A stretch of DNA of 64,000 nt from Bacteroidaceae bacterium (GTDB lineage Bacteria > Bacteroidota > Bacteroidia > Bacteroidales > Bacteroidaceae): NCBI GenBank assembly GCA_024401225.1, contig JAKSLM010000006.1, positions 18,350-82,349 of the forward strand. Direction: 5' to 3'. The notes below the pieces were generated by a model. It saw nothing but the letters and a program-made list of their open reading frames with translations, was not told the origin of the DNA and ran no database searches. Positions 29,020 through 38,723 of the stretch are shown here, piece by piece (position 1 is the stretch's first letter; each line of letters opens with the position of its first letter). The position numbers were made by a program, and so were the translations under genes.

Positions 29020-30210
29020 CTACAATTCGTCAGAAGTGTATCCGATTGGCAGAGTACGGCAGTTGTACTGCGAAGCCATAATCTCGCCATAAGCTCCGGC
29101 TGAGAGCATAGCGATGAGGTCGCCACGCTTTGTCTTGTTGAGCTGGATGCCCTTGTCGAATACATCGGACGATTCGCAAATCGGACCAACAACGTCGTAT
29201 GTCTCTTCTGGCTCATCGCTCGAGATGTTGTATGTCTTGTGGTGAGCATCGTAGAGGGCAGGGCGGATGAGGTCGGTCATACCAGCATCTACGATTACGA
29301 ACTTCTTAACACCAGCTTCCTCGTCGTTGTCAAACTTCTGCAATGTGTTGCTCTTTACATAGTTGACCTTGGTGATGAGAGCTCCGCATTGTCCTACCAC
29401 AGCACGTCCGAGCTCGAAGTGAACGGTCTGTCCTGGACGAAGCTTGAGGTGCTTGTTGTAGGTTGCAAAGTAGTCCTTGAAGTTTGGTATAGGATTGGCT
29501 ACAGGATCAGCATAGTCGATGCCGAGTCCGCCACCTACATTGATGATCTCGATGTTGATGCCGGCGCTTTCGAGCTTGTCTTGAAGTTCGTTGATGCGGT
29601 TTGAGAGTGCTACGAAGTCATCCATCTCGAGAATCTGACTGCCGATGTGGAAGTGAAGACCACGGAAGTTGATGTTGTCGAGTGTCTTTGCAAGATTGAT
29701 GAGTTTCTCCATGTCCTCCATCGCAATACCAAACTTGTTCTCTGCAAGTCCGGTTGTGATGTTTGCATGAGTGTGAGCACCAACATTAGGATTGATGCGG
29801 AAACATACATCAGCCTTTTTGCCTTTCTGACCAGCAATCTCGTTGATAACCTCAAGTTCTGGGATTGACTCAACGTTGAAGCAGAAGATGCCCTCGTCAA
29901 GTCCGAGCTCAATTTCCCAATCGCTCTTGCCTACGCCAGCAAACACGATCTTGTTGGCTGGGAATCCAGCCTTGAGTACCTGCTGAATCTCGCCGCCACT
30001 TACGCAGTCGATGCCGAGTCCTGCTTCGTTGATGACTTTAAGTACCTTGAGGTTGGCATTTGCCTTTACTGCATAGTGTACGAAATAGTTGCCATATTTG
30101 GCAGTCTCTTCGTTGATAGCGGCCAGAGTCTGGCGCAAGATGTTTGTGTTGTAATAGTAGAAAGGTGTGCGTACGTTCGCAAACCTTTCTACAGGAAGTA
30201 TTTGTGTCAT
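29020..30210 (-). CDS. lysA: diaminopimelate decarboxylase
   Basis: It has the fold-III PLP decarboxylase motifs HYAVKAN and HFHIGSQ, and a C-terminal GAYG. Confidence 0.93.
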   Translation of the reverse strand: MTQILPVERFANVRTPFYYYNTNILRQTLAAINEETAKYGNYFVHYAVKANANLKVLKVINEAGLGIDCVSGGEIQQVLKAGFPANKIVFAGVGKSDWEIELGLDEGIFCFNVESIPELEVINEIAGQKGKKADVCFRINPNVGAHTHANITTGLAENKFGIAMEDMEKLINLAKTLDNINFRGLHFHIGSQILEMDDFVALSNRINELQDKLESAGINIEIINVGGGLGIDYADPVANPIPNFKDYFATYNKHLKLRPGQTVHFELGRAVVGQCGALITKVNYVKSNTLQKFDNDEEAGVKKFVIVDAGMTDLIRPALYDAHHKTYNISSDEPEETYDVVGPICESSDVFDKGIQLNKTKRGDLIAMLSAGAYGEIMASQYNCRTLPIGYTSDEL

Positions 30211-30218
30211 ATTGTTGT

Positions 30219-31535
30219 TTAGTTGTTGAACAAGTGGTCTGAAAGAGCCTGAAGAGCGTCTTTCTTGTTTTCCTCATTGATAAGGAATGAAATGTTGTGG
30301 TTGCTGCCTCCGTATGAAATCATTCGTACAGGTATGTTGGCAAGTGCTTCTGTTGCCTTGCTTTCGAAACCTACATTCTGGCTTTCAAGGTCACCTACAA
30401 CGCAGATGATACACATGTTGCGGTCCACTTCTACACGACCGAACTTCTTGAGTTCGTCGATGATAGCATTGAGGTTGTTGGTGTTGTCGATCGATACGCT
30501 TACCCCAACTTCCGATGTTGCAATCATGTCGATGCTTGTCTTGTAGCTCTCGAAGATCTCGAATACCTTGCGAAGGAACCCATAGGCGAGGAGCATACGC
30601 GATGATGTGATGCGGATGGCTGTGATGTTGTCCTTTGCAGCTACGGCCTTGATCTTCTTCTTCTCAGTCTCGTTGCTGATTACGGTACCAGCAGCAGTAG
30701 GGTCCATAGTGTTGAGGAGCTTTACAGGGATTCCTGCAAACTTGGCTGGCTGTACGCAAGTAGGGTGGAGGATCTTGGCTCCGAAGTAAGCCAGTTCTGC
30801 AGCCTCTTCAAAATGAAGGTGACCTACAGGCGATGTCTTGTCAACGAATCGTGGGTCGTTGTTGTGCATACCGTCGATGTCGGTCCAGATCTGAATCTCG
30901 CTGGCGTTGATAGCAGCTCCAATGAGCGATGCTGTATAGTCGGAACCACCACGCTGGAGGTTGTCGATTTCTCCGTATGCGTTGCGGCAGATGAAGCCCT
31001 GAGTGATATAGATGTCCTTCTCGCCTGCAGCCTCGAGCTGAACCTTGATCTTGTCCTTGATGTACTCAAGGTCTGGCTCTGCGTTCTTGTCAGTACGCAT
31101 GAACTCCAATGCTGGGATGAGAGCTGCGTTGTAACCCTGCTCGATGAGGTAGTTTGTGACCATGTTGGTAGAGAGGATTTCTCCCTGGCCTACGATGATC
31201 TTCTCCTCAAACATAGTGAAGATGCCCTTTGTGAATGAACGAAGATAGTCAAACTCCTGCTTGAGGAATTCCTTTGTCTTGTTCTTCATTTCATCGGTAG
31301 AGTAGAGCTCGTCAACGTGCTTCCTGTACTTGTTTTCGAGGGTGTTGATGATTTCTTGTGCTCCTTCCTGATTCTTCTTGTAGAGATAGTCGGAGATTTC
31401 GACAAGGGTGTTGGTAGTGCCAGACATAGCAGAGAGAACTACGATCTTCTTCTCGCCGTCTGTAATCAGTTTTACAACATCCTTCATGCGCTGAGGCGTT
31501 CCTACGGATGTACCGCCAAACTTAAGTACTTTCAT
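30219..31535 (-). CDS. lysC: aspartate kinase
   Basis: It starts MKVLKFGGTSVG (the kinase signature) and has two C-terminal ACT-like domains. Confidence 0.93.
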   Translation of the reverse strand: MKVLKFGGTSVGTPQRMKDVVKLITDGEKKIVVLSAMSGTTNTLVEISDYLYKKNQEGAQEIINTLENKYRKHVDELYSTDEMKNKTKEFLKQEFDYLRSFTKGIFTMFEEKIIVGQGEILSTNMVTNYLIEQGYNAALIPALEFMRTDKNAEPDLEYIKDKIKVQLEAAGEKDIYITQGFICRNAYGEIDNLQRGGSDYTASLIGAAINASEIQIWTDIDGMHNNDPRFVDKTSPVGHLHFEEAAELAYFGAKILHPTCVQPAKFAGIPVKLLNTMDPTAAGTVISNETEKKKIKAVAAKDNITAIRITSSRMLLAYGFLRKVFEIFESYKTSIDMIATSEVGVSVSIDNTNNLNAIIDELKKFGRVEVDRNMCIICVVGDLESQNVGFESKATEALANIPVRMISYGGSNHNISFLINEENKKDALQALSDHLFNN

Positions 31536-31576
31536 TTTTCGCTTATGTGATTTTTATCTTTATTTTCTTTTTACTT

Positions 31577-32350
31577 TTATTCTTCAGTTGAATCTTCCTG
31601 CCATTCCTCGGCTGATGTGCTGGCAGCCATCTCGCTTATGGCAGAAGGATCGTTTGTGATCTCATCAAACTTTCCATCCTTGCATCTGAATACTCGTCCC
31701 GGGAACTCCTTGAGGAGAGAGAGGTTGTGAGTGATCATGATGACAGTCGAACCAGCCTTGCTGAGATTCTGCAGCAGTTCCGTGATATTGCGTGAGGTGT
31801 GTGGGTCGAGATTGCCTGTAGGCTCGTCGGCCAGGATGAGTGCTGGCTTGTTGAGGATGGCGCGTGCTATTGCTATGCGTTGCTTTTCTCCTCCCGACAG
31901 TTCGTTAGGCATCTTGTCGCCCTTATCCTCCATCTCGACCAACTTGAGCACTTCGCTGATACGTTGTGCAATGTCGTTCTTGTTCTTCCACTCGGTAGCC
32001 TTGAGCACAAAGCGAAGGTTCTGGTTGACGTTGCGGTCCATGAGGAGCTTGAAGTCCTGGAATATGACTCCGAGCTTGCGTCTCAGCCCTGGCAGATGCT
32101 TGGTCTTCAACTCGAGCATGTTGTAATCCATGACGGTAGCTTCCGAAAGGATGCCCGCCATCGCCTTACGTTGCTTTTTATCGCCGTTGACTGGCAGTTC
32201 GCCGTAGAAGGTCTTGAACAGGGAACTCTTGCCCGAACCTACCTTTCCGGTGACATAAATAAATTCGCCCTCGTTGACGCTGAAGTTCACGCTTTCCAGA
32301 ACTAGTTGCTCGTCTTGATAGACATTGATGTTCTTATAATCTATGAGCAT
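31577..32350 (-). CDS. ftsE: cell-division ABC ATPase FtsE-like
   Basis: It has Walker A GKVGSGKSS, the signature LSGGEKQR and Walker B LILADEPT, with an acidic C-terminal tail. No ftsX is adjacent. Confidence 0.75.
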   Translation of the reverse strand: MLIDYKNINVYQDEQLVLESVNFSVNEGEFIYVTGKVGSGKSSLFKTFYGELPVNGDKKQRKAMAGILSEATVMDYNMLELKTKHLPGLRRKLGVIFQDFKLLMDRNVNQNLRFVLKATEWKNKNDIAQRISEVLKLVEMEDKGDKMPNELSGGEKQRIAIARAILNKPALILADEPTGNLDPHTSRNITELLQNLSKAGSTVIMITHNLSLLKEFPGRVFRCKDGKFDEITNDPSAISEMAASTSAEEWQEDSTEE

Positions 32351-32385
32351 GAGTGTTGGTGCGGTGGAGTATTGATGGATGATGA

Positions 32386-32997
32386 TTAATGCTTGTGCCA
32401 GTTAGGATCGTGGCGCTCTGCAAGCTCGGCTGCAAGGTTCTCGATGGTGAGTCCCTTGGATGTGAGGAGCACGATGAGGTGGTAGAGCATGTCCGAAGCC
32501 TCGTACACAAGGCGCTCGTTATTGTTTGCTACGGCCTCGATTACAGCTTCGAGTGCTTCCTCGCCAACCTTCTGAGCCATGCGATGGCATCCGTCCTTGA
32601 AGAGGCTTGTAGTGTATGATCCCTCAGGCATCTCGGCATGACGCTTCTCTATGAATCGCTGAAGCTCAACGAGGAACATGATTGGGTTGTCGTTCTTCTC
32701 GTCCCAGCATGTGTCGGCACCAGTATGGCATACAGGACCTACTGGGTTGGCCTTGATGAGGAGTGTGTCCTTATCGCAGTCGTTGAGAATCTCAACAACG
32801 TTGAGGAAGTTGCCTGATGTCTCTCCCTTTGTCCAGAGAGTGTTGCGTGTGCGGCTGTAGAATGTTACTTTTCCTGTCTCAACAGTCTTTTTGTATGCTT
32901 CTTCGTTCATGAAGCCAAGCATAAGTACCTTAAGTGTCTTTGCGTCCTGGATAATGGCAGGCACAAGACCATTCATCTTATTGAAATCGATTTCCAT
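32386..32997 (-). CDS. hisIE: bifunctional phosphoribosyl-AMP cyclohydrolase / phosphoribosyl-ATP diphosphatase
   Basis: A HisI core (LVPAIIQD...CHTG) is followed by a HisE helical domain (EEALEAVIEA). Confidence 0.93.
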   Translation of the reverse strand: MEIDFNKMNGLVPAIIQDAKTLKVLMLGFMNEEAYKKTVETGKVTFYSRTRNTLWTKGETSGNFLNVVEILNDCDKDTLLIKANPVGPVCHTGADTCWDEKNDNPIMFLVELQRFIEKRHAEMPEGSYTTSLFKDGCHRMAQKVGEEALEAVIEAVANNNERLVYEASDMLYHLIVLLTSKGLTIENLAAELAERHDPNWHKH

Positions 32998-33034
32998 TAT
33001 ATTGAGTTTGTTTTTGTAGTCTTATGTTGATTGT

Positions 33035-33826
33035 TTACAGGCGTACGTTAATGCCTTCGCCTATGAGGTATTGCTTCAGTTCCGGGATTGGGATCTCGCC
33101 GAAGTGGAATACGGAAGCGGCAAGTGCAGCATCGCTATGTCCGTTGATGAACGTGTCGCGGAAATGCTCTCTCGTGCCAGCTCCTCCTGATGCTATGACC
33201 GGGATGGTCAGCGTGTCGGCCAGTCGGCGTAAGGCTACGTCGGCAAATCCTGCTTTCACGCCGTCATGGTTCATGGATGTGAAGAGTATCTCGCCTGCAC
33301 CTCGCTCGTTGGCCTCCTTTGCCCATTCGAACAGGTCGCGCTCGGTCTGCAAGCGTCCTCCATTCATGAAGCATCGCCAAGTGCCGTCTATCATAGGATC
33401 GCCATTTTGGTGAATCGTGTCGTCTATGCATTTTGCATCGATAGCTACCACGATCACCTGACTTCCGAAGTTGCGCGCAATTTCGTCTATGAGTTCCGGA
33501 CGACGAAGAGCGGCCGAATTGATGCTCACTTTGTCGGCTCCAGCGTTGAGCAGACGTTCCACATCGCTCAGCTCGTTGATTCCTCCGCCTACGGTGAATG
33601 GTATGTTGATCTCCTCGGCTATGCGAGTCACGAGCTGGGTGAAGGTCTTTCTGCCCTCATGGCTTGCTGTTATGTCGAGATATACCAGTTCGTCGGCTCC
33701 CTGCTGCGAGTATGCCTTGCCCAGTTCGATTGGGTCGCCTGCCTGTCGGAGGTTTACGAAGTTTGTACCCTTTACTGTCTGGCCGTCCTTGATGTCAAGG
33801 CATGGTATGATTCGTTTTGCTAACAC
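33035..33826 (-). CDS. hisF: imidazole glycerol phosphate synthase, cyclase subunit
   Basis: It carries [18 protein letters not shown] and ASGGAG, the motifs of the HisF TIM barrel. Confidence 0.95.
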   Translation of the reverse strand: MLAKRIIPCLDIKDGQTVKGTNFVNLRQAGDPIELGKAYSQQGADELVYLDITASHEGRKTFTQLVTRIAEEINIPFTVGGGINELSDVERLLNAGADKVSINSAALRRPELIDEIARNFGSQVIVVAIDAKCIDDTIHQNGDPMIDGTWRCFMNGGRLQTERDLFEWAKEANERGAGEILFTSMNHDGVKAGFADVALRRLADTLTIPVIASGGAGTREHFRDTFINGHSDAALAASVFHFGEIPIPELKQYLIGEGINVRL

Positions 33827-33885
33827 GTACGTTCCTTTCTATTGATACATTATATATATAATAAAGAATAGCAGAGTGGGGTGGG

Positions 33886-34608
33886 CTACTGCAGGAATGG
33901 TCGCAGTTCGTCCATCTTGATTCTGCCCTCATATATAGCCTTGCCAAACACTACGGCTGGGATGCCTGCTTCGTCAAGTTCGATGATGTCCTCGATGCTG
34001 CTTACGCCACCGCTTGCTATGAGATGCATGTCGGGGTGAACCTTCATGATGCTCTTGTAGAGGTCGATTGCCGGACCTTGCAGCATGCCGTCCTTGCTGA
34101 TGTCGGTACAAAGCACATTCTCAACTCCCTTGCTTACATATCGGTCAAGGAATGGCATGAGCTTGTCACTACCTTCTTCCTTCCATCCGTTGATGCTGAT
34201 GAGTCCGTTCTTCACGTCGGCACCGAGTATGATGCGATCGGCACCATACTTCTCCAGCCATTCGTCAAAGAGCTCTGGCTGCTTTACTGCCACGCTGCCT
34301 ATTGTCACCATGCTGGCACCAGCTGCGAAGGCTATGTCGAGGTCGTCGTGGCTCTTGATGCCACCGCCGAAGTCGATGATCAGGTTGGTGTATTCAGCTA
34401 TGCGCTCTATGGTCCTGTAGTTGACTATGTGCTGTGACTTTGCGCCGTCCAGGTCGACTGTATGCAAACGTCGAACGCCATTGGCTTCGAACATCTTTGC
34501 CACCTCCACGGGGTCCTCGTTGTAGACCTTCTTTGTGTCGTAGTCGCCTTTGGTCAGTCGTACGCACTTGCCGTCTATGATGTCTATTGCGGGAATTATC
34601 TCTATCAT
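33886..34608 (-). CDS. hisA: ProFAR isomerase
   Basis: It carries IIPAIDIIDGKCVRL and the duplicated phosphate-binding motifs GGGI and SGGV. Confidence 0.93.
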   Translation of the reverse strand: MIEIIPAIDIIDGKCVRLTKGDYDTKKVYNEDPVEVAKMFEANGVRRLHTVDLDGAKSQHIVNYRTIERIAEYTNLIIDFGGGIKSHDDLDIAFAAGASMVTIGSVAVKQPELFDEWLEKYGADRIILGADVKNGLISINGWKEEGSDKLMPFLDRYVSKGVENVLCTDISKDGMLQGPAIDLYKSIMKVHPDMHLIASGGVSSIEDIIELDEAGIPAVVFGKAIYEGRIKMDELRPFLQ

Positions 34609-34642
34609 TTTTGTATGATTCTATTCGGTTTTGATGTGGGGA

Positions 34643-35233
34643 TTACATCTCCAGGAAGTTCTTCAGTATTCTTTCGCCTACGCTGCCGCTCTTTTCCGGA
34701 TGGAACTGCGTAGCGTAGAAGTTGTCCTTATGGAGCGATGAAGAATAAGGCTGGATGTAGTCGGTGGTTGCTATAGTATGTTCGCAGAGCGGAACGTAAT
34801 AGCTGTGTACGAAATACACGAATTCCGGCTGGGTGAAACCCTCGTAAAGCTTCGACTTCGTGTCGTATACCGTGTTCCATCCCATCTGAGGCACCTTGTC
34901 TTCGTGTCGCTGAGGCATGAATCGCTTTACTTCGGTGTCGAAAATGCCAAGGCATTCCGTATCGCCTTCCTCCGAGTGCTTGCACATGAGCTGCATGCCT
35001 ATGCAGATGCCGAGCACAGGTTGCTTGAGCGACTTTATCACCTCGTCCAGTCCTCTTGCCTTCAGATATTCCATGGTCGACGATGCCTCGCCCTGTCCTG
35101 GGAAGATCACCTTGTCGGCTGCGCGGAGTTCGTCAGCGTCGTCGGTCAGTATTGGCTCAATACCCATGCGCTTTATGGCATTGATTACCGAGCATATATT
35201 GCCTGCGTTGTATTTTACTATTGCTACCTTCAT
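34643..35233 (-). CDS. hisH: imidazole glycerol phosphate synthase, glutaminase subunit
   Basis: It is a class I amidotransferase (GICIGMQ, FHPE). I chose the start at MKVAIVKYNAGN rather than the ORF-track start 8 codons upstream. Confidence 0.92.
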   Translation of the reverse strand: MKVAIVKYNAGNICSVINAIKRMGIEPILTDDADELRAADKVIFPGQGEASSTMEYLKARGLDEVIKSLKQPVLGICIGMQLMCKHSEEGDTECLGIFDTEVKRFMPQRHEDKVPQMGWNTVYDTKSKLYEGFTQPEFVYFVHSYYVPLCEHTIATTDYIQPYSSSLHKDNFYATQFHPEKSGSVGERILKNFLEM

Positions 35234-35415
35234 CAAATGGTATTTATAATCCGTCAAAAACTAATTTAGCCCGAAAATGTGAGTGTTTCCGTGCTAAATA
35301 GTGTATTTTCGCTGCAAATTTAGTAAAATTTTGGCAAACAATAACTATAAACAAGTACTTTTCTGCAATTATTTACCAACATTTCCCTTTCAAAATGTCA
35401 GTATTAGGGAAAAAT

Positions 35416-35450
35416 AAAAGTTAAAAGTGAAAAGTGAAAAGTTGAAAGTA
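35416..35450. repeat. five tandem 7-bp units AAAAGTK
   Basis: The units are aaaagtt aaaagtg aaaagtg aaaagtt gaaagta. They lie 66 nt downstream of the dockerin-protein stop. Confidence 0.85.
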
Positions 35451-35515
35451 CGAAATCCGTATTGCAAAAGATGTGCTGATGCGGAGGTGAAATGTTGCCA
35501 TACAAACGGCACTTT

Positions 35516-37753
35516 TCACTTGTATAGAATCACGTCTATCAGCATCACGATGTCGGCTATGGTGATGGCTCCGTCCTTGTCCTGGTCGGCGATTGGCGAA
35601 TAGAGCGAAGCGTCGTGACGATTGTAGATGGCTATCAATTCGGCAAGGTCGGTATAGCCTACGCGTCCGTCCTTGTCTATGTCGCCTGTGATGGAATAGT
35701 ATGCCTTGAGTGATTGTATGGTGATGTCGCCCTTGCCTGTCACATGGCAAATGTCTACAGGATAGGTGCTGATCTTCTCCCTGTCAAGGGGGATGTAACA
35801 TTGCCACACGTCGCCTTTCCTTGCGTTGTCGTTTCTTACCTGGCAGGTGTCAGTTCCCGTGGTGTAGGTGATGCAGATGGAATCGTCAACGTTCGAGTAG
35901 AGATCGATGCTGAAGGCGTATGGAACGCTTGGGATGTGCAGACCGGTCATGGTGCTTGCATCGGCATCCTTTGCGAGTTCAAGCATATCTGTGTCATAAT
36001 CAAGATTCTCCACATATACTAAGATGGTGTCCTTGAGTCCTGCATATTCGGCATAGAGTTCTGCATATCCGTCAATATAAGGCACGATGAGGCCTCCCTC
36101 GCAACTGCTTATCACATAGCCATTGTTCGTGCTCCATTCCACATCGCCTGCCTTGACTGGCGTTCGTGTGCCGTTCACCGTCATGTCCACACCTACCTGG
36201 CACTCTCGGCCTTCGCCGGTAAACACAAAGTCGGGGGTGATATTCAGTTGCCTGTTGTCGGTTACGGTTACGGGAATGGTGATGAAGTAACCGGTTGATT
36301 TCACACGAATTGTGATTTCGCCCGTACCGTTGCTTGTGGCTATGAATGTGTAGCCGTCCTCATCCATCATGCCTATGTTTTCGGAGCATGTGATCTCGAT
36401 GGCACTTGAGGTGCGTGCATCGTTGTCTATCATTTCGTAGTACTGATTGTACCCATACACTACGGGTTCGAAGGTGTCGCCCTTTCGGAGCAGAAGCGCA
36501 TGATTGTTGGTACACTCTATGCTGCTGATATTGTCATCGTCAGGAGCGGTAGAGTAGAGCATCAGACCTGCTGGGATGTATCGTCCGTTGAATCCATGAC
36601 CGATGGAGTTGGTGGTTACGTATTCGCCATCGATGGTCATTTCGGCCGATGGACCACCGTCCAGACTCAACACGTTGTAGATGCCTATCTCGTGCAGGAA
36701 TTCGAGGAGCAACTGTACTGGAGCGTTGGACGAATCGCTTATCTCCAAGTCACCCATATACAGAGTCTTGCCGTCCTCCGAACAACCCACCACGCAGATG
36801 GCATAGTTGCTCATGTCCGATGGCTGTATCTGCCCATCGTAGATGCCGTACTGGAACAGTTGTGTGACCTGCTGCTGCACGTCCACCTTCTCGCCCATCT
36901 CATTCTTGTAGCCTAAGCTGATGGTGATGTTGTCGCCCTTCTTCAGGCCACGTAGGAATGCCTCTGCATCGCCTGCTCCCGACAGTATTGCTTCGTCCTG
37001 GTTCATCGTGTGGCAGCAGCCATCCATTACTTCTGTCACCTCACATTCGGTATCCCCGACACCTATGTAATCCTTGCTCCTGAGGCGCACCTTGACATCT
37101 ACGCCGTTGCTTGCCTTGGCATCCGAACAGAGGCTTTTGCCGATGCCGTTGCAGAACATGCTTATCTGTCCGGCTACGTCGTAGTGATCCCTGTGATGGT
37201 TGATCTGGCCGATGGCATGCGTCTTGCTGCCATACGCTACGCTTCCCGCGAATGTAGGCGTACCTATGTGCACCTTGTCGTCGATGTAGAGTGTACGCTT
37301 TGCCTGCGAGTTCTCATATAGTATCTTGCCGTTCTCCACCAACGCACCTGCCACTTCGTAGGCGGTATGCGTGGTAAGGTCGGCGTTTGACTGAATGAAT
37401 CCGCCTCCTGTTATCGATGCTACAGGCTTCAGTCCTTGCGACTTCTTCAGCTTCACATCTGTATGCTGTTTGCTGACATTATGATACTCATCCTTTGCCA
37501 GATAAGGCGAGAACGAATTGTAAGGGTTTGTGATGTCGATCGTTACGAGATGCACCTTCATCTTGTATGCAAACTGTCCTGCCTTTATCTTGTCAAACTG
37601 AAACTGCGTGTATGTGGCACCCGGGGCGATGTGACGATGCACGAGCGTGTCGTACGTCGCCTCAGCGTCGCCTATGTTCATGTTGCCGCTTCTCTGCGCA
37701 TGGATGGTGATGGAGCAGAGTAGGGCGAGAGTAAATGCAAGGAGTGGTCTCAT
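35516..37753 (-). CDS. secreted phosphodiester glycosidase (NAGPA/DUF2233) with Ig-like repeats and a C-terminal dockerin
   Basis: It has a signal peptide (MRPLLAFTLALLCSITIHAQ) and NAGPA-like segments (SITGGGFIQ, SLDGGPSAEM). The C-terminus is a duplicated calcium-binding dockerin motif (DIDKDGRVGYTDLAELI...DQDKDGAITIADIVMLI). The start is set at 37753, because the ORF-track extension overlaps the tRNA. Confidence 0.78.
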   Translation of the reverse strand: MRPLLAFTLALLCSITIHAQRSGNMNIGDAEATYDTLVHRHIAPGATYTQFQFDKIKAGQFAYKMKVHLVTIDITNPYNSFSPYLAKDEYHNVSKQHTDVKLKKSQGLKPVASITGGGFIQSNADLTTHTAYEVAGALVENGKILYENSQAKRTLYIDDKVHIGTPTFAGSVAYGSKTHAIGQINHHRDHYDVAGQISMFCNGIGKSLCSDAKASNGVDVKVRLRSKDYIGVGDTECEVTEVMDGCCHTMNQDEAILSGAGDAEAFLRGLKKGDNITISLGYKNEMGEKVDVQQQVTQLFQYGIYDGQIQPSDMSNYAICVVGCSEDGKTLYMGDLEISDSSNAPVQLLLEFLHEIGIYNVLSLDGGPSAEMTIDGEYVTTNSIGHGFNGRYIPAGLMLYSTAPDDDNISSIECTNNHALLLRKGDTFEPVVYGYNQYYEMIDNDARTSSAIEITCSENIGMMDEDGYTFIATSNGTGEITIRVKSTGYFITIPVTVTDNRQLNITPDFVFTGEGRECQVGVDMTVNGTRTPVKAGDVEWSTNNGYVISSCEGGLIVPYIDGYAELYAEYAGLKDTILVYVENLDYDTDMLELAKDADASTMTGLHIPSVPYAFSIDLYSNVDDSICITYTTGTDTCQVRNDNARKGDVWQCYIPLDREKISTYPVDICHVTGKGDITIQSLKAYYSITGDIDKDGRVGYTDLAELIAIYNRHDASLYSPIADQDKDGAITIADIVMLIDVILYK

Positions 37754-37818
37754 AATGAAGGAAGCGTTGAATTTTGTACAAAAACATAAAAAGCCCCGCA
37801 AATTTGCGAGGCTTTCTG

Positions 37819-37893
37819 GGTGGAGGGTCGGGCTCGAACCGACGACATTCAGAACCACAATCTGACGCTCTAACCAACTGAACTACATCCACC
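37819..37893 (-). tRNA. tRNA-His (GTG)
   Basis: The minus strand reads GGTGGATGTAGTTCAGTTGGTTAGAGCGTCAGATTGTGGTTCTGAATGTCGTCGGTTCGAGCCCGACCCTCCACC. It folds as a cloverleaf with the extra 5' G(-1) typical of tRNA-His, anticodon loop TTGTGGT and T-loop GGTTCGAGCC. One acceptor-stem pair is mismatched. Confidence 0.9.
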
Positions 37894-37934
37894 ATGTTTG
37901 CAATCAAAAAGACATATCTTTCGTTTTGCGAGTG

Positions 37935-37942
37935 CAAAGGTA
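37935..37942 (-). promoter_or_regulatory. -7 box TACCTTTG upstream of tRNA-His
   Basis: The plus strand reads caaaggta, 42 nt upstream of the tRNA 5' end. Confidence 0.45.
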
Positions 37943-38069
37943 CGACGACTTTTTGTAACTACAAAATAAAAACACTTTTTTTTGTCGTATACCTACCATT
38001 TTACGACTATTTCATACCATTATTCTTATAAAATGATATTCAATTGCACGAAACTTGCCGTTTTCGGGC

Positions 38070-38291
38070 TCAATTCTCGTCGTTCGCATCAACGATCTGC
38101 AAAGCCTCATCCATGTCCTTTTCGTCTACAAGAACATTGACTGCAAATCCTGGTCGCATGGAGAATCCTGCTTCCAGTATCGACATATTGTTGCCTTGCA
38201 GAATGCATGGTATGCCTTCAGCGGCCAAAGCCCCCTTGATGATTTCTGCCTCAAACGAACTATTGCAAGTCTTCAGAATTCGTGTTGCCAT
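38070..38291 (-). CDS. DUF2007-like small protein (putative signal-transducing fold)
   Basis: It is 73 aa starting at MATRILKTCNSSFEAEIIKGALAAEGIPC, the pattern typical of DUF2007. The ORF-track start is 27 codons further upstream and less likely. Confidence 0.55.
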   Translation of the reverse strand: MATRILKTCNSSFEAEIIKGALAAEGIPCILQGNNMSILEAGFSMRPGFAVNVLVDEKDMDEALQIVDANDEN

Positions 38292-38336
38292 AATCTTTCC
38301 GTTTTTTTTGATGTTCTTGAATGTGGATTGTCGCTG

Positions 38337-38344
38337 CAAATATA
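38337..38344 (-). promoter_or_regulatory. -7 box TATATTTG upstream of the DUF2007 gene
   Basis: The plus strand reads caaatata, 46 nt upstream of the ATG at 38291. Confidence 0.4.
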
Positions 38345-38432
38345 CACTACTTTTATTATACAAACAAAACATTATATATTATAATATGTTAATGTAGTCG
38401 AAAAGTCATGGAAAAGCTTTGCATCTACGAGT

Positions 38433-38717
38433 TTACAACCCTGTGAAATATGATTTTAATGCTTCGACGTAATTTTGCATCGCCTCACGTCCTGCGTCGG
38501 TCATTTGGCAGATGGTTCGGGGTTTTGCCCCCGATCCATCCGTTTCCTTGGTGATGTAGCCAGCCGAAGTCAGCTTTTCCAGCTGCACGCTAAGGTTGCC
38601 TGCCGTTGCCTCCGTCTTCTCCTTGAGGTAGACGAAGTCGGCCTCCTCCACGCTCAGCAAGATGGACATGATGGCAAGGCGTAGCTGGCTATGAAGTAAA
38701 GGATCAAGTTCTTGCAT
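38433..38717 (-). CDS. winged-helix transcriptional regulator (HTH_34/ArsR-like)
   Basis: LDPLLHSQLRLAIMSILLSVEEADFVYLKEKTEATAGNLSVQLEKLTSAGYI is the characteristic winged-helix core of this small regulator family. Confidence 0.75.
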   Translation of the reverse strand: MQELDPLLHSQLRLAIMSILLSVEEADFVYLKEKTEATAGNLSVQLEKLTSAGYITKETDGSGAKPRTICQMTDAGREAMQNYVEALKSYFTGL

Positions 38718-38723
38718 ATCGTG

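Noticed and set aside
37754-37858. 35-codon N-terminal extension of the dockerin-protein ORF (track start 37858), and ORF 37662-37937
   Set aside because: The extension overlaps the tRNA-His gene on the same strand. A canonical signal peptide begins at the internal Met (37753).
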